DNA from: Bacteroidales bacterium
GTDB taxonomy: Bacteria; Bacteroidota; Bacteroidia; Bacteroidales; VadinHA17
NCBI GenBank assembly: GCA_035360515.1
Contig: DAOSAY010000002.1
Span: 67,789 to 131,788, forward strand
Reading direction: 5' to 3'
Length of the DNA: 64,000 bases
The notes below the pieces were generated by a model. That model saw only the letters and a program-made list of their open reading frames with translations. It had not been told where the DNA came from and did not search any database. This document shows, one piece after another, positions 47,291-56,896 of this stretch. Positions within the stretch are counted from its first letter, which is position 1. Every line of letters begins with the position of its first letter. Position numbers and translations under genes: made by a program.

Positions 47291-48277
47291 ATGCTTAAAG
47301 CAATTAAAGGTGTAACACCCGGCGTAATTCTGTTAAATGTTTTTATTCTGCTGGCACTATGGTTCAGTGCTTTTCTTTTTCAAGGGCAACAATCGGTTTT
47401 TTCCGATCACAGATCCATGCCTCTCTATTTTATTCTCAGGAATTTAACTGGCCCTGGTCAAATAGAAATTATAATAAGTTTGGCATTTATTCTTCTAATT
47501 TCCTATCTGCTTGTTCATTACAACACGATTCTGTTTTTTATTCCTGAAAGAACGATTGTCCCTTCGGTGCTTTATGCCATTTTTACGGGATTCTTCATTA
47601 ATTATCAGACGCTGCATCCGGTTATACCTGCTTCGATTTTTATGCTGATCGCATTGAGAAGAATTATTGATGCATATCATGTAAACGGAACGGCTTTCAG
47701 TTTTTTTGATGCTTCCTTGCTTATAGGAGTCGGAAGTCTTTTTTATGCAAATCTGATATGGTTCGGCATTATTCCCTTGATCGGGGTTATAATTCTTAAA
47801 GGTTATAAACTGAAAGAAATGATGCTTTCTATAGCTGGTATACCGGTAACTTTACTGATAACTGCAGGAATTTACTATCTGTTTTCCCCCGGCATTAGCG
47901 GATTGATTGAAAATTTAAGATTTAATCTTTTCAGTGAAGTTGATTCATATAATTTTTCAATTGTGGAACTTGCAGGAATTGCAACAGGAGGAATTACCTT
48001 GCTTGCCGGGATTATTTTTGTTTTTAAGCGGATAAAAAATATGAAAATAAAGTCAAGAAAAATATTTATACTTCTATTATGGTGGTGTTTAATATCTGTT
48101 GCATTATATTTTATTTCACCGGCAGTTTCGGTTGAGATTTCATATCTTGCAGCTATTCCTTCAGTCTATTATATTTCATACTATTTTATTTTCAGCAAGA
48201 GCAGAATAATACCTCTTGCAATATTTATTGCATTTATCGTGTGTGCTTCAGTAATTCAGGCTTTGCGATATTTTTAG
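47291..48277 (+). CDS. Polytopic membrane protein, function unknown
   Basis: About 9 hydrophobic segments. The ATG at 47291 lies 1 nt after the purD stop. Confidence 0.6.
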   Translation: MLKAIKGVTPGVILLNVFILLALWFSAFLFQGQQSVFSDHRSMPLYFILRNLTGPGQIEIIISLAFILLISYLLVHYNTILFFIPERTIVPSVLYAIFTGFFINYQTLHPVIPASIFMLIALRRIIDAYHVNGTAFSFFDASLLIGVGSLFYANLIWFGIIPLIGVIILKGYKLKEMMLSIAGIPVTLLITAGIYYLFSPGISGLIENLRFNLFSEVDSYNFSIVELAGIATGGITLLAGIIFVFKRIKNMKIKSRKIFILLLWWCLISVALYFISPAVSVEISYLAAIPSVYYISYYFIFSKSRIIPLAIFIAFIVCASVIQALRYF

Positions 48278-48307
48278 TGATAAAATAATAGTTGCTGTAG
48301 CTGGAGA

Positions 48308-48742
48308 CTATTTAACAAGTGAAACGACTCCTACCCCAAGTCCCTGCTGAAAATCTTTAAAATCGAACATAATTTTATATGTACCGGTTTTGTTGCATAC
48401 AAATTCGATTGAAGAGAAGGTTTTTCCGGTTTTAGGGTCAAATGAAGTTAAAATGGTTCTCCCTGTGTCGTCAACGAGTTTCATTATAAGTTCTCCCTGC
48501 GAGTTTTCCGAATTGCAGAGGGTAAAGCGGTATTTCATGTTCTTGCTCAGGGCAAATACCTGTTTATATCTGAAATCCTGGGCAGATGATGCTTTACCAA
48601 GCTGGATCCGAAAGTCTTTCAGATAAGTGGCATTTGGACCTGCGTTCATTACACATTTTCCCACAAGCGGATCGCTTGCCTGGCCTGATGCGACAACAGG
48701 CACAAGCATTATTATCATTATAAAAGCAACAAGCTTTTTCAT
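48308..48742 (-). CDS. Small secreted beta-rich protein, function unknown
   Basis: Signal peptide MKKLVAFIMIIMLVPVVASGQ. It is the last gene of the ABC operon. An alternative ATG at 48751 would overlap the upstream gene by 8 nt. Confidence 0.6.
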   Translation of the reverse strand: MKKLVAFIMIIMLVPVVASGQASDPLVGKCVMNAGPNATYLKDFRIQLGKASSAQDFRYKQVFALSKNMKYRFTLCNSENSQGELIMKLVDDTGRTILTSFDPKTGKTFSSIEFVCNKTGTYKIMFDFKDFQQGLGVGVVSLVK

Positions 48743-48743
48743 A

Positions 48744-49661
48744 TCACTCATTTGAAATTAACCTGTTTCGGATTTTTTCTGTAGTGTTAATAATTGCTTC
48801 AAGTTGTTCATCAGTCATCTCTACATTACTCTGGTCGGTTTGAACAACAACCAGTGCTCCGTCTTTTTCAACCATTTGAGGCTCACCTACTGTAAAAGTA
48901 ACTTTAACGTTCCTGTATTTTTCCTTGAGTTCCTGCATATCCCTGCATAGATCAGTGTACTCTTTGCTTACGTTACAGTATGGTGCAAGGAGCATTATAA
49001 TATCATTGAGGATAACCTTTTGTTCTCCGACCCTGCTCCTGAGAAGGGTATCGGGATATTGTTTGAGCACCTGAGTTGCCAGGTATTGACCTTCGATCCA
49101 AACTCCGGTGACCATAAGTGCTGAAAGCTGGCTTCTTCCTTTCTCACGGAGGAATCTGTCTATCTGATTATAGGATTCCAGCGACAGGAATAGAAGCGAG
49201 TCGAGATTTGACCTGTTCAGTGAAAGTCTTTTAAGAGTTTCAAAATCAAAAAATTGACCGACATTAATACCATCGGCAAGTTTTTTAATTGAAGACAGAA
49301 TATCAATGGAACTGCCTGTTTTTTCATACATATTAAGGTATCCGAGATCTGCTCCGAGGATACCCAACTTTAATGCCCTGTCGAAACTTGTTGTTATTCT
49401 GGATGCATCGATTGAGGATGCCAGATAACTGTTTGAAAAAGGCACATTCATCCGCTGCAGGATATTTGCTATTTCAACCGGAGATGAAATGTTTCTAGTT
49501 ATGTCATCTATTGCTTCATCACTCAGTTGCTCAGCTTGCGACAGGGGTATAGAATCTTCGTCAGGAAATAAAAACTGAGTATTTTTTCTTGTCGACGAGT
49601 TACACCCGGCCAGTAAAAATGCCAGAGTGAAAAAAGACATTAACAGTAACCTGCCGGTCAT
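48744..49661 (-). CDS. Lipoprotein, mostly alpha-helical, function unknown
   Basis: The lipobox LLAGCNSS follows a hydrophobic h-region, and the start is ATG 49661 (MTGRLLLMSFF). Confidence 0.6.
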   Translation of the reverse strand: MTGRLLLMSFFTLAFLLAGCNSSTRKNTQFLFPDEDSIPLSQAEQLSDEAIDDITRNISSPVEIANILQRMNVPFSNSYLASSIDASRITTSFDRALKLGILGADLGYLNMYEKTGSSIDILSSIKKLADGINVGQFFDFETLKRLSLNRSNLDSLLFLSLESYNQIDRFLREKGRSQLSALMVTGVWIEGQYLATQVLKQYPDTLLRSRVGEQKVILNDIIMLLAPYCNVSKEYTDLCRDMQELKEKYRNVKVTFTVGEPQMVEKDGALVVVQTDQSNVEMTDEQLEAIINTTEKIRNRLISNE

Positions 49662-49726
49662 TATTTTTAATAATTGTAAATTAGTTAAGTACAAAAATAT
49701 AAATAAAAAAATATAAACAGAGTTTA

Positions 49727-52700
49727 TTATATGACTTTTTTTAGTTTAAGTCGGTCAATGTAATTAACCAATCTGGCAAGAAGTTCATAGTAAAGCGTCA
49801 CGTACAGAATAATTGAACAGCAAAGAACCAGCATAATATTAAAATCGAATGTATCGTACATTTTACCCATAAAATATTTTGAGGGTGCAAAAAAATGCGT
49901 TCTGAATGACAGAAATCCTTCGTAATCAGGATCTTTATAAATGGGATCATAATTTTGAATGAACGAGTTCTTATATTCCAGTATTTTGTTTTTATCCCTT
50001 TCATAAAATTTGGTAACTATCTCCTGGAGTTTCAGATTGCTGTATTGGTTTTCGAGCCTGCGTATTTCATCTCTGTTTTTAATGTAAAACTTATCCCATG
50101 AATCTGATAGTTTATTACCGGCTCTATTGAAATTATCACTCAGGTATCTGAGATGTTCGAGCGTTTTTTCGTACAGGTTCTTATTGTATTTCTCAGGAGT
50201 TAAGTCATTTATATAATTAAAGGATTTAAGGTTTGGGAATTTTTTCTGAATTTTCATCAGTTCGTTCTTTATCAGAGCCAGTTTACCTGAAGTTTTCAGT
50301 TCGTCGTTAATCAGTGGTAGTTTACCAGTGTTTAAGGTATTCGATGTTGTTTTGACATATATTGAATCTGTTTTTTCGAGAGCATTGATCAGAGAAGGAA
50401 TAAGTCTGACGGAATAATAATTGGCAATACTGATATTTTTCTTGAAATCATAAATTGTTGGGCCGTATTTACTTTCGCTGAACCGGCTATATTTATTGTC
50501 TTTAAACTGGCTGACCATCAAAGCTTCGTATGTCCATCGGGTAGGCATTAATTCTGCTATAACGGGAACTTTTCCTACACTGCTAATTTTCCTGTTCAGT
50601 TTGTCGAATGGGAACATTGCTCCGCTGAGAACCATCATTGGTATTATTATCAGAGGAATAACTATATATATCGTGATGGCTGAGTTAAAGCTTGCAGAAA
50701 TATTCAGCCCAATCAGATTTGCAAAAAAAGCAGTTGTAAAAAGTGCAATAAAATATTTTCCGAATAGTCCTCTGAGCTCAAGAATAGGATTTGCGATTAT
50801 CAGAAAGAGAAAAACCTGTATTGATGAAATAATGATCAGTATGGCAATTTTTGACAAAAGGTAGCTATGACGGTTAAGGCTGAGGAATCTTTCCCTTTTC
50901 AAAATTTTTCTGTCACGGAAAATTTCTTCGGCACTTATTGTTAGTCCCAGAAACACAGCAACGATAATCCCCATAAATATATAAATAGGTATGTTTTCGT
51001 TTTCGAAAAAAATGTAGACATCTGATGAAGGATCGGGGATGTATCGGATTATAAATGAAAGAATAAAACCAAGTATCGGAGCTTCCAGAAGTGTAATTAG
51101 AATGTATTGCCTGTTTGCTATTTTGCTTTTCAGATCTCGTACCAGATAAATCAGAAACTGTTTAAATGCAGAAGGTCTGTCAAGGTTGCTGTGTGGTTTT
51201 TCGTCCGCTTCCTGAATTTTTAAAATTGGTCGTTTCTCATTAAAAATAGCTGCCCATTCCTGTGGTTTGACTTTTCTTTGTTCGGTATACCGGCCATACT
51301 CATCTACAACCTTTGCTTCGATGATATTAAAGATAATTTCAGGGTTTACGTTTCCGCAGGTCGGACATTCACCTATTGATGAATTTATTTGGGCATCAAG
51401 GGTTTTGAAGTAAATAACAGCTTCAACCGGGTTTCCGAAATAAGCCATATAGCCACCCTGGTCAAGAATGATGATTTTATCGAACAGTTTAAATATTTCG
51501 GACGATGGTTGATGAATTACGGTAATAATTAGCTTGCCTTTCAGTGTGAGGTCGCGCAGAAGGTCCATTATATTTTCTGAATCGTGTGAAGAAAGGCCAG
51601 AGGTTGGTTCATCGAGAAAAAGTACAGATGGTTCTCTTATGAGTTCAAGTGCTATGTTTAGCCGTTTTCTCTGCCCTCCGCTTATTATGTTCTTTAAAGG
51701 AGAGCCCACTTTCAGATTTCTTTTTTCCCACAGGCCAAGGTTGATGAGCATCTGATCGGTGATTTTTCTGATCTCTTCCTTGCTTTTCCCTCCAAAACAC
51801 TGGCAGGCTGCATAATAAAGGTTTTCAAAAACTGTAAGATCTTCAATCAGCAAGTCATCCTGAGGGACATAGCCCAGAACACCTTCAATCGACTTATAAT
51901 TTTCGCTAATATCAATACCGTTAATTTTTATCTTGCCTGATGTGGGTTTCATTATTCCGCTCATCAGGTTAAGCAGGGAAGTTTTGCCACTGCCACTTGA
52001 ACCAAGAATGCCTACAAGGTTTCCTCCTTCAAGGGTAAAGTTCAGATTATTAACTGCAGTACCACCGTCGCTGAACATGTATGTCAAATTTTCGACAGTA
52101 AAACTTATGCGGTGGACTACTTCTTCTGAGAGAAATACTGCACTAATATCACTATAATAAACAGGCTGACCGAACTGGCTTTTAATTGAACTGCCTTTTG
52201 CGAAAGAATATATTTTCCCCGATTCTATCGGAAGCCCGTTAAGGTATAACTGATCGGGTGAAATGTATTTTAGAAAATAGAGATCAACGCTCGGGATTCT
52301 CAAGAAAACAATAATTGTATCATGATATCCGGCAAGAACTTTTCTGTGGATTTTTGGTTTCTCATCTCCAGTTCTCAGAACCAGTATCTTGTTATTTTCC
52401 AGTTTTTCAGGCTCCTCATTTCTGACGAATTGCTCAATTGCGTTAACTTCATCTGGCTGTATTTTAAATACTTCTGATACTGTATTTATTATATTCATTC
52501 GTTGTGGCGTAAACTGCTTGTTTACGTTAATGAGCTCATACAGCCTTAAAATCACTACTACTTTCTGTTCCTGATTAAGATTGCGGTTGATTTTTTTACA
52601 TATTCCCAGAATTTTAACTGAATCTCTTACTGTAACGTGTTGAGCTAATGATTCTTTCTCAGGATCTTTAACTTTAATAGAAACTGGTCCGGCAAGGTCG

Positions 52701-52855
52701 TCGAATAACTTTAAATATTCAGCTACTGATTCTCTTGATAGCTGTTTTGAAAGGAAATCGTGAACATATGCTCTTTCTTCAATAAAAAGCCCTGTGTCCT
52801 GCTTTACTATCAGGGCAAAGAGTTCCATCAGGGCTTTAAGAATCTCCTCACTCAT
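49727..52855 (-). CDS. Large ABCG-type ABC transporter (ATPase + ABC-2 permease) with an N-terminal extension of about 260 aa and a C-terminal extension of about 250 aa
   Basis: Walker A GSSGSGKTS, Q-loop YVPQDD, signature ISGGQRKRL, Walker B LFLDEPTSGL, and H-loop IHQPS. Next comes a block of about six TM helices, then a long soluble region ending in one more TM helix. The N-terminal part is TerB-like and helical, followed by an FHA-like beta region; both of those calls are tentative. Confidence 0.8.
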   Translation of the reverse strand: MSEEILKALMELFALIVKQDTGLFIEERAYVHDFLSKQLSRESVAEYLKLFDDLAGPVSIKVKDPEKESLAQHVTVRDSVKILGICKKINRNLNQEQKVVVILRLYELINVNKQFTPQRMNIINTVSEVFKIQPDEVNAIEQFVRNEEPEKLENNKILVLRTGDEKPKIHRKVLAGYHDTIIVFLRIPSVDLYFLKYISPDQLYLNGLPIESGKIYSFAKGSSIKSQFGQPVYYSDISAVFLSEEVVHRISFTVENLTYMFSDGGTAVNNLNFTLEGGNLVGILGSSGSGKTSLLNLMSGIMKPTSGKIKINGIDISENYKSIEGVLGYVPQDDLLIEDLTVFENLYYAACQCFGGKSKEEIRKITDQMLINLGLWEKRNLKVGSPLKNIISGGQRKRLNIALELIREPSVLFLDEPTSGLSSHDSENIMDLLRDLTLKGKLIITVIHQPSSEIFKLFDKIIILDQGGYMAYFGNPVEAVIYFKTLDAQINSSIGECPTCGNVNPEIIFNIIEAKVVDEYGRYTEQRKVKPQEWAAIFNEKRPILKIQEADEKPHSNLDRPSAFKQFLIYLVRDLKSKIANRQYILITLLEAPILGFILSFIIRYIPDPSSDVYIFFENENIPIYIFMGIIVAVFLGLTISAEEIFRDRKILKRERFLSLNRHSYLLSKIAILIIISSIQVFLFLIIANPILELRGLFGKYFIALFTTAFFANLIGLNISASFNSAITIYIVIPLIIIPMMVLSGAMFPFDKLNRKISSVGKVPVIAELMPTRWTYEALMVSQFKDNKYSRFSESKYGPTIYDFKKNISIANYYSVRLIPSLINALEKTDSIYVKTTSNTLNTGKLPLINDELKTSGKLALIKNELMKIQKKFPNLKSFNYINDLTPEKYNKNLYEKTLEHLRYLSDNFNRAGNKLSDSWDKFYIKNRDEIRRLENQYSNLKLQEIVTKFYERDKNKILEYKNSFIQNYDPIYKDPDYEGFLSFRTHFFAPSKYFMGKMYDTFDFNIMLVLCCSIILYVTLYYELLARLVNYIDRLKLKKVI

Positions 52856-52907
52856 TTATTTTAAATGTGCTAAATTTTAAAGACAGAGCCAGAAGTCTTG
52901 GCCGGAC

Positions 52908-53738
52908 TTATCTTGTTGCAGTCCAGCGGGTCGTTCCTTTTCCGTTATCTGCAGTTCCTTCCATTGAATTGCCTCTAATTTTTCCTTTATAGAGTGTTTT
53001 ACCGACATAAAAAGTAATCTCATCCCCCCGGATTTTGCCACCTGTTATTGCCTCTTTTTTGCCACCGGTAATAAGTTCTCCTGACACCATCTGAAATTCC
53101 TGTCGGAGGACCAGTTCGCCCTGCGGCTGAAATTTCCAGCGTCCTTCAACTTTTGCGGGTACTATCCAGAGATATGCAGTATTCCAGTGTGTTGACTCAT
53201 CATCAATTGTTGCAGTATCGTCGGGGGTCCATTCACCCATAGTAAAGGTGTTGGATACAATACGGGTACCGGGTCTCATATCAAGAATCATAGGCCTAAG
53301 TCGCAGGTTAATGTCAGGAAGAAGAAACATAGTCAGAACAGTCGCCTTTGAAAAATCGTACTCAAAAAGGTCTCCGTTAACAAATTCAACTTTGTTTTTA
53401 AGGCCTTCTTTTTCTGCATTTCTGTAAGAAAGTGCAACCATGTCGGGATTATATTCCACACCGATGGCTCGGGCACCGCGTTTTGCAGCTGTTATTACTG
53501 TACGACCATCGCCTGAGCCTAAATCAATAACAATATCCGATGGGGTAACCTGGGCAAGGTCAAGCATTTTTTCCACAAGTGCCTGCGGGGTCGGAACCCA
53601 TACTACATCCTTCCCTTCCTGCCCGACTTCAGGTTTGAACTCATTATTCTTTCCTTTCTCCTGCGAGAAAAGTGTTACAGATAGAGTTAATAAAATAATA
53701 AAATTCAGGGTCTGAAACATAATTCTCTGTCTTTTCAT
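52908..53738 (-). CDS. Class I SAM-dependent methyltransferase with an N-terminal signal or anchor sequence
   Basis: Hydrophobic N-terminus (MFQTLNFIILLTLSVTLFSQ), SAM motif I VIDLGSGDGR, and an extra Gly/Lys-rich C-terminal domain of about 90 aa. Confidence 0.7.
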   Translation of the reverse strand: MKRQRIMFQTLNFIILLTLSVTLFSQEKGKNNEFKPEVGQEGKDVVWVPTPQALVEKMLDLAQVTPSDIVIDLGSGDGRTVITAAKRGARAIGVEYNPDMVALSYRNAEKEGLKNKVEFVNGDLFEYDFSKATVLTMFLLPDINLRLRPMILDMRPGTRIVSNTFTMGEWTPDDTATIDDESTHWNTAYLWIVPAKVEGRWKFQPQGELVLRQEFQMVSGELITGGKKEAITGGKIRGDEITFYVGKTLYKGKIRGNSMEGTADNGKGTTRWTATR

Positions 53739-53956
53739 AATGTAGATGTTAGATGAAAAATTAATAATTTATTATCCGGGACAAAAGGTATAAAAAATTC
53801 AATCAAAGTATAATATCATAACTGTTAAATATATTTTAATTGAATAAAAATTTATTTCTACGTCCAGTTATTCAGATCCATCTATTCTATTTCAATGCAA
53901 AATTTTGGAATAATAAATAATGTTTCGAAATTTGAGATCGAATAAAAAGTCATAAA

Positions 53957-55483
53957 ATGAATCTGAAACGCCGTGAGTTTATTAAACTTGGCGGTATAAC
54001 AGCAGCAGGTACTATTATGATTCCACCTTTTTTGAAGTCATGTCGTGGTCCAGAACTTTCAGGCAAGGCTGAAAGTTTTATGAATCATTTTGAAGTTACT
54101 GTAAGACAGCTGGAAGAAGTTATTCGTACCGCCATGAGCAGGGGGGCTGATTATGCCGACCTGTTCTTTGAACATACCCTTGAAAATTATGCAAGCCTGG
54201 AAGACGGCAAAGTTGACCGGGCATATTCAAATGTTGACTTTGGAGTAGGTATAAGAGTATTAAAAGGAGAACAGACCGGTTATGCCTTCTCTGAGGATTT
54301 AAACCTGGAAGCGATGCTGAAAGCAGCAAAAACTGCAGCAAGTATTGCCGATAGCCAGGCAAGGGTATTACCTGTGAATGTTTCTGAATATGCAGTTCCG
54401 GATTATTACCCGGTAAAGGTTTCATGGGAAGATACTTCAGTAAAAGAAAAGATTCCCTTTTTGCAGAAAGTAAATGACAGGATTTTTGAACTTGATAAAC
54501 GTGTCACAAAAGTTAATGCCACAATAGGAGATACTACTTCTTATATCCTCTTTTTCAACTCCGAGGGTCGTCTTGTCTGGGATTACAGGCCTATGGTGTT
54601 TATGTATGTTACATGTATTATGGAAAAAGACGGAAGGATTGAGAATTTTACATCCTCCCGGTCTTCGCGCCAGGGATATGAGTTTCTGACCGAAGAGCTG
54701 ATAGAAACAATTGCTAATGAGGCTATTGGCAAAACTTCATTACTTTTTGAAGCAGTTAAGCCAAAGGCCGGGGAGATGGAAGTGGTTATGAGTGCAGGAG
54801 AATCGGGTATTCTGCTTCATGAAGCTATAGGGCATGCTTTTGAGGCTGACTTTAACAGAAAGAAGACTTCTATTTTTTCTGATAAAATGGGCAAAAAAAT
54901 TGCCGAACCTTTTATTAATATTTATGATGATGGAACACTTCTGTCAAACCGGGGTGCACTTAATATTGATGACGAAGGAAATCCGACTGAGCGGACTGCA
55001 CTGGTTAGTGAAGGAATTCTAACAAGCTACCTTCACGACCGTATAAGTGCAAATTTCTATAAGGTTAAGCCGACGGGAAACGGAAGAAGGCAGGATTTCA
55101 GGAATATACCTCTTCCGAGAATGAGATGTACCACAATGGAAAACGGACCTCATACAAGAGAGGAGATTATTGCCAGTGTGAAAAGAGGAATATATGTTGA
55201 TACTTTCAGTAACGGGCAGGTAAACATTGGGGCAGGTGATTTCACATTTTTTGTTAAATCAGGTTATCTTATTGAAAATGGAAAACTTACACGTCCAATA
55301 AAGGATATTAATATTATAGGCAATGGCCCTCAGGCTCTGGCTGATATAGTTATGGCTGCCAATGACAGCAAATTATCCGATTCGACCTGGACATGCGGTA
55401 AAGGGGGGCAGGGCGTTCCTGTATCCATGGGTCTTCCCACTGTTAAAATAAAAAAGCTAACAGTAGGAGGAACAAACACATGA
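53957..55483 (+). CDS. tldD: TldD-family metallopeptidase with a twin-arginine (possibly lipoprotein) signal
   Basis: Tat motif KRREFIKLGG, a possible lipobox FLKSC, and the zinc motif HEAIGH (HExxxH). Confidence 0.85.
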   Translation: MNLKRREFIKLGGITAAGTIMIPPFLKSCRGPELSGKAESFMNHFEVTVRQLEEVIRTAMSRGADYADLFFEHTLENYASLEDGKVDRAYSNVDFGVGIRVLKGEQTGYAFSEDLNLEAMLKAAKTAASIADSQARVLPVNVSEYAVPDYYPVKVSWEDTSVKEKIPFLQKVNDRIFELDKRVTKVNATIGDTTSYILFFNSEGRLVWDYRPMVFMYVTCIMEKDGRIENFTSSRSSRQGYEFLTEELIETIANEAIGKTSLLFEAVKPKAGEMEVVMSAGESGILLHEAIGHAFEADFNRKKTSIFSDKMGKKIAEPFINIYDDGTLLSNRGALNIDDEGNPTERTALVSEGILTSYLHDRISANFYKVKPTGNGRRQDFRNIPLPRMRCTTMENGPHTREEIIASVKRGIYVDTFSNGQVNIGAGDFTFFVKSGYLIENGKLTRPIKDINIIGNGPQALADIVMAANDSKLSDSTWTCGKGGQGVPVSMGLPTVKIKKLTVGGTNT

Positions 55484-55504
55484 AAAACATTAAAAATTAA
55501 AGAA

Positions 55505-56821
55505 ATGACCAGAGAAGAGAAATATTCACTCGCAGCAGCAGTAATAGAACATGCTTTAAGCAAAGGTGCGCAGCAGGTATCGGTTGCAATAGATGAAAGC
55601 CGAAGCAATGAGGTGGAGATACGCGACAGGCAGATTGACCGCCTTACAGAGTCCAACAGAAACAGTCTGACTGTCAGATTGTATGTTGATAAAAAATACT
55701 CAGCCCATTCAACCAACAGGTTGAAAAAAGATGAGGTGCTGAAATTTACTGAAGAGGCAATTGTGGCAACTCGTTTTCTTGCAGAAGATCAATATCGGAC
55801 CCTCCCGGAACCGGAACTCTATTACAAAGGAGGAGGAAAGACTCCAGATATTTTTGATCCAAAACTTGAATCGGTTGACCCAAAAAGCAAAATTGAACTT
55901 GCAATGCAGCTTCTCGATGAAGCTTACGGAAAGGATGAAAGGATAATTTCTGTGACATCATATTATTCCGATTCAATTAGCAGTAATGTTCTGGTGACAA
56001 GCAATGGGTTCAAAGGAGATTCAGAAAGAACAGATATCTCGTTATACGTGACTGTATCGGTAAAAGATAAAAACGGCAGGCCCTCTGACTACTGGTTTGA
56101 AAGCGATCTGTTTTTTGACCGTATAACAAAAACCGGGATCGGTAAAAAAGCTCTTGAAAGAGTACTGGAAAAAATCAATCCAAGAAAAGTCAGCTCAGGA
56201 AAATATCCGATGATAGTCGAGAACAGGGTCGCTTCCAATCTGCTGTCTCCTGTTTATAACGCGCTGCAGGGATACAGTATTTATCAGAAACAGTCGTTTC
56301 TTGCCGGTAAGGAGGGTAAAAAAATTGCATCTGGAAAAATGCATATAGAGGATGACCCAACACTGCCATCAGAACCCGGCTCGAGACTTTTTGACGAGGA
56401 GGGACTGGCTGCAGTCAGGAGAATAATTATTGAAAACGGGATACTTCGCAATTACTATATTGATACTTATTACGGTAAAAAACTTGGCATGAAGCCCACA
56501 TCAGGTAGTTCTTCAAACATAGTTTTCAAGAAGGGTGATAAGGATCTTCCGGGACTGATTAATTCTCTCAAAAAAGGTATTCTCGTTACCGGTTTCAACG
56601 GAGGTAACTGTAATGGCTCAACAGGAGACTTTTCTTATGGTATAGAAGGATTTTATATCGAAAACGGAAAGGTTGTCCATCCGGTAAATGAGATGAACAT
56701 TACAGGCAACATGAATGATCTGTGGTTTAGACTTGCAGAAGCAGGAAATGATTACATTAAAGGCAGTTCTTTAAAAATACCGTCACTTCTGATTGACGAT
56801 GTTGATTTTAGCGGTATCTGA
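55505..56821 (+). CDS. pmbA: PmbA/TldE-family partner protein (no signal peptide, no HExxxH)
   Basis: 438 aa with PmbA_TldD family similarity. It lies 21 nt downstream of tldD, and its N-terminus MTREEKYSLAAAVIEHAL is not hydrophobic. Confidence 0.8.
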   Translation: MTREEKYSLAAAVIEHALSKGAQQVSVAIDESRSNEVEIRDRQIDRLTESNRNSLTVRLYVDKKYSAHSTNRLKKDEVLKFTEEAIVATRFLAEDQYRTLPEPELYYKGGGKTPDIFDPKLESVDPKSKIELAMQLLDEAYGKDERIISVTSYYSDSISSNVLVTSNGFKGDSERTDISLYVTVSVKDKNGRPSDYWFESDLFFDRITKTGIGKKALERVLEKINPRKVSSGKYPMIVENRVASNLLSPVYNALQGYSIYQKQSFLAGKEGKKIASGKMHIEDDPTLPSEPGSRLFDEEGLAAVRRIIIENGILRNYYIDTYYGKKLGMKPTSGSSSNIVFKKGDKDLPGLINSLKKGILVTGFNGGNCNGSTGDFSYGIEGFYIENGKVVHPVNEMNITGNMNDLWFRLAEAGNDYIKGSSLKIPSLLIDDVDFSGI

Positions 56822-56896
56822 AGTCAGCCTTAGAATACCCTCAAAAGACTTAATAACTAATATTTTAGTTTATAAAAATCTGTAAATAGTTATCAT

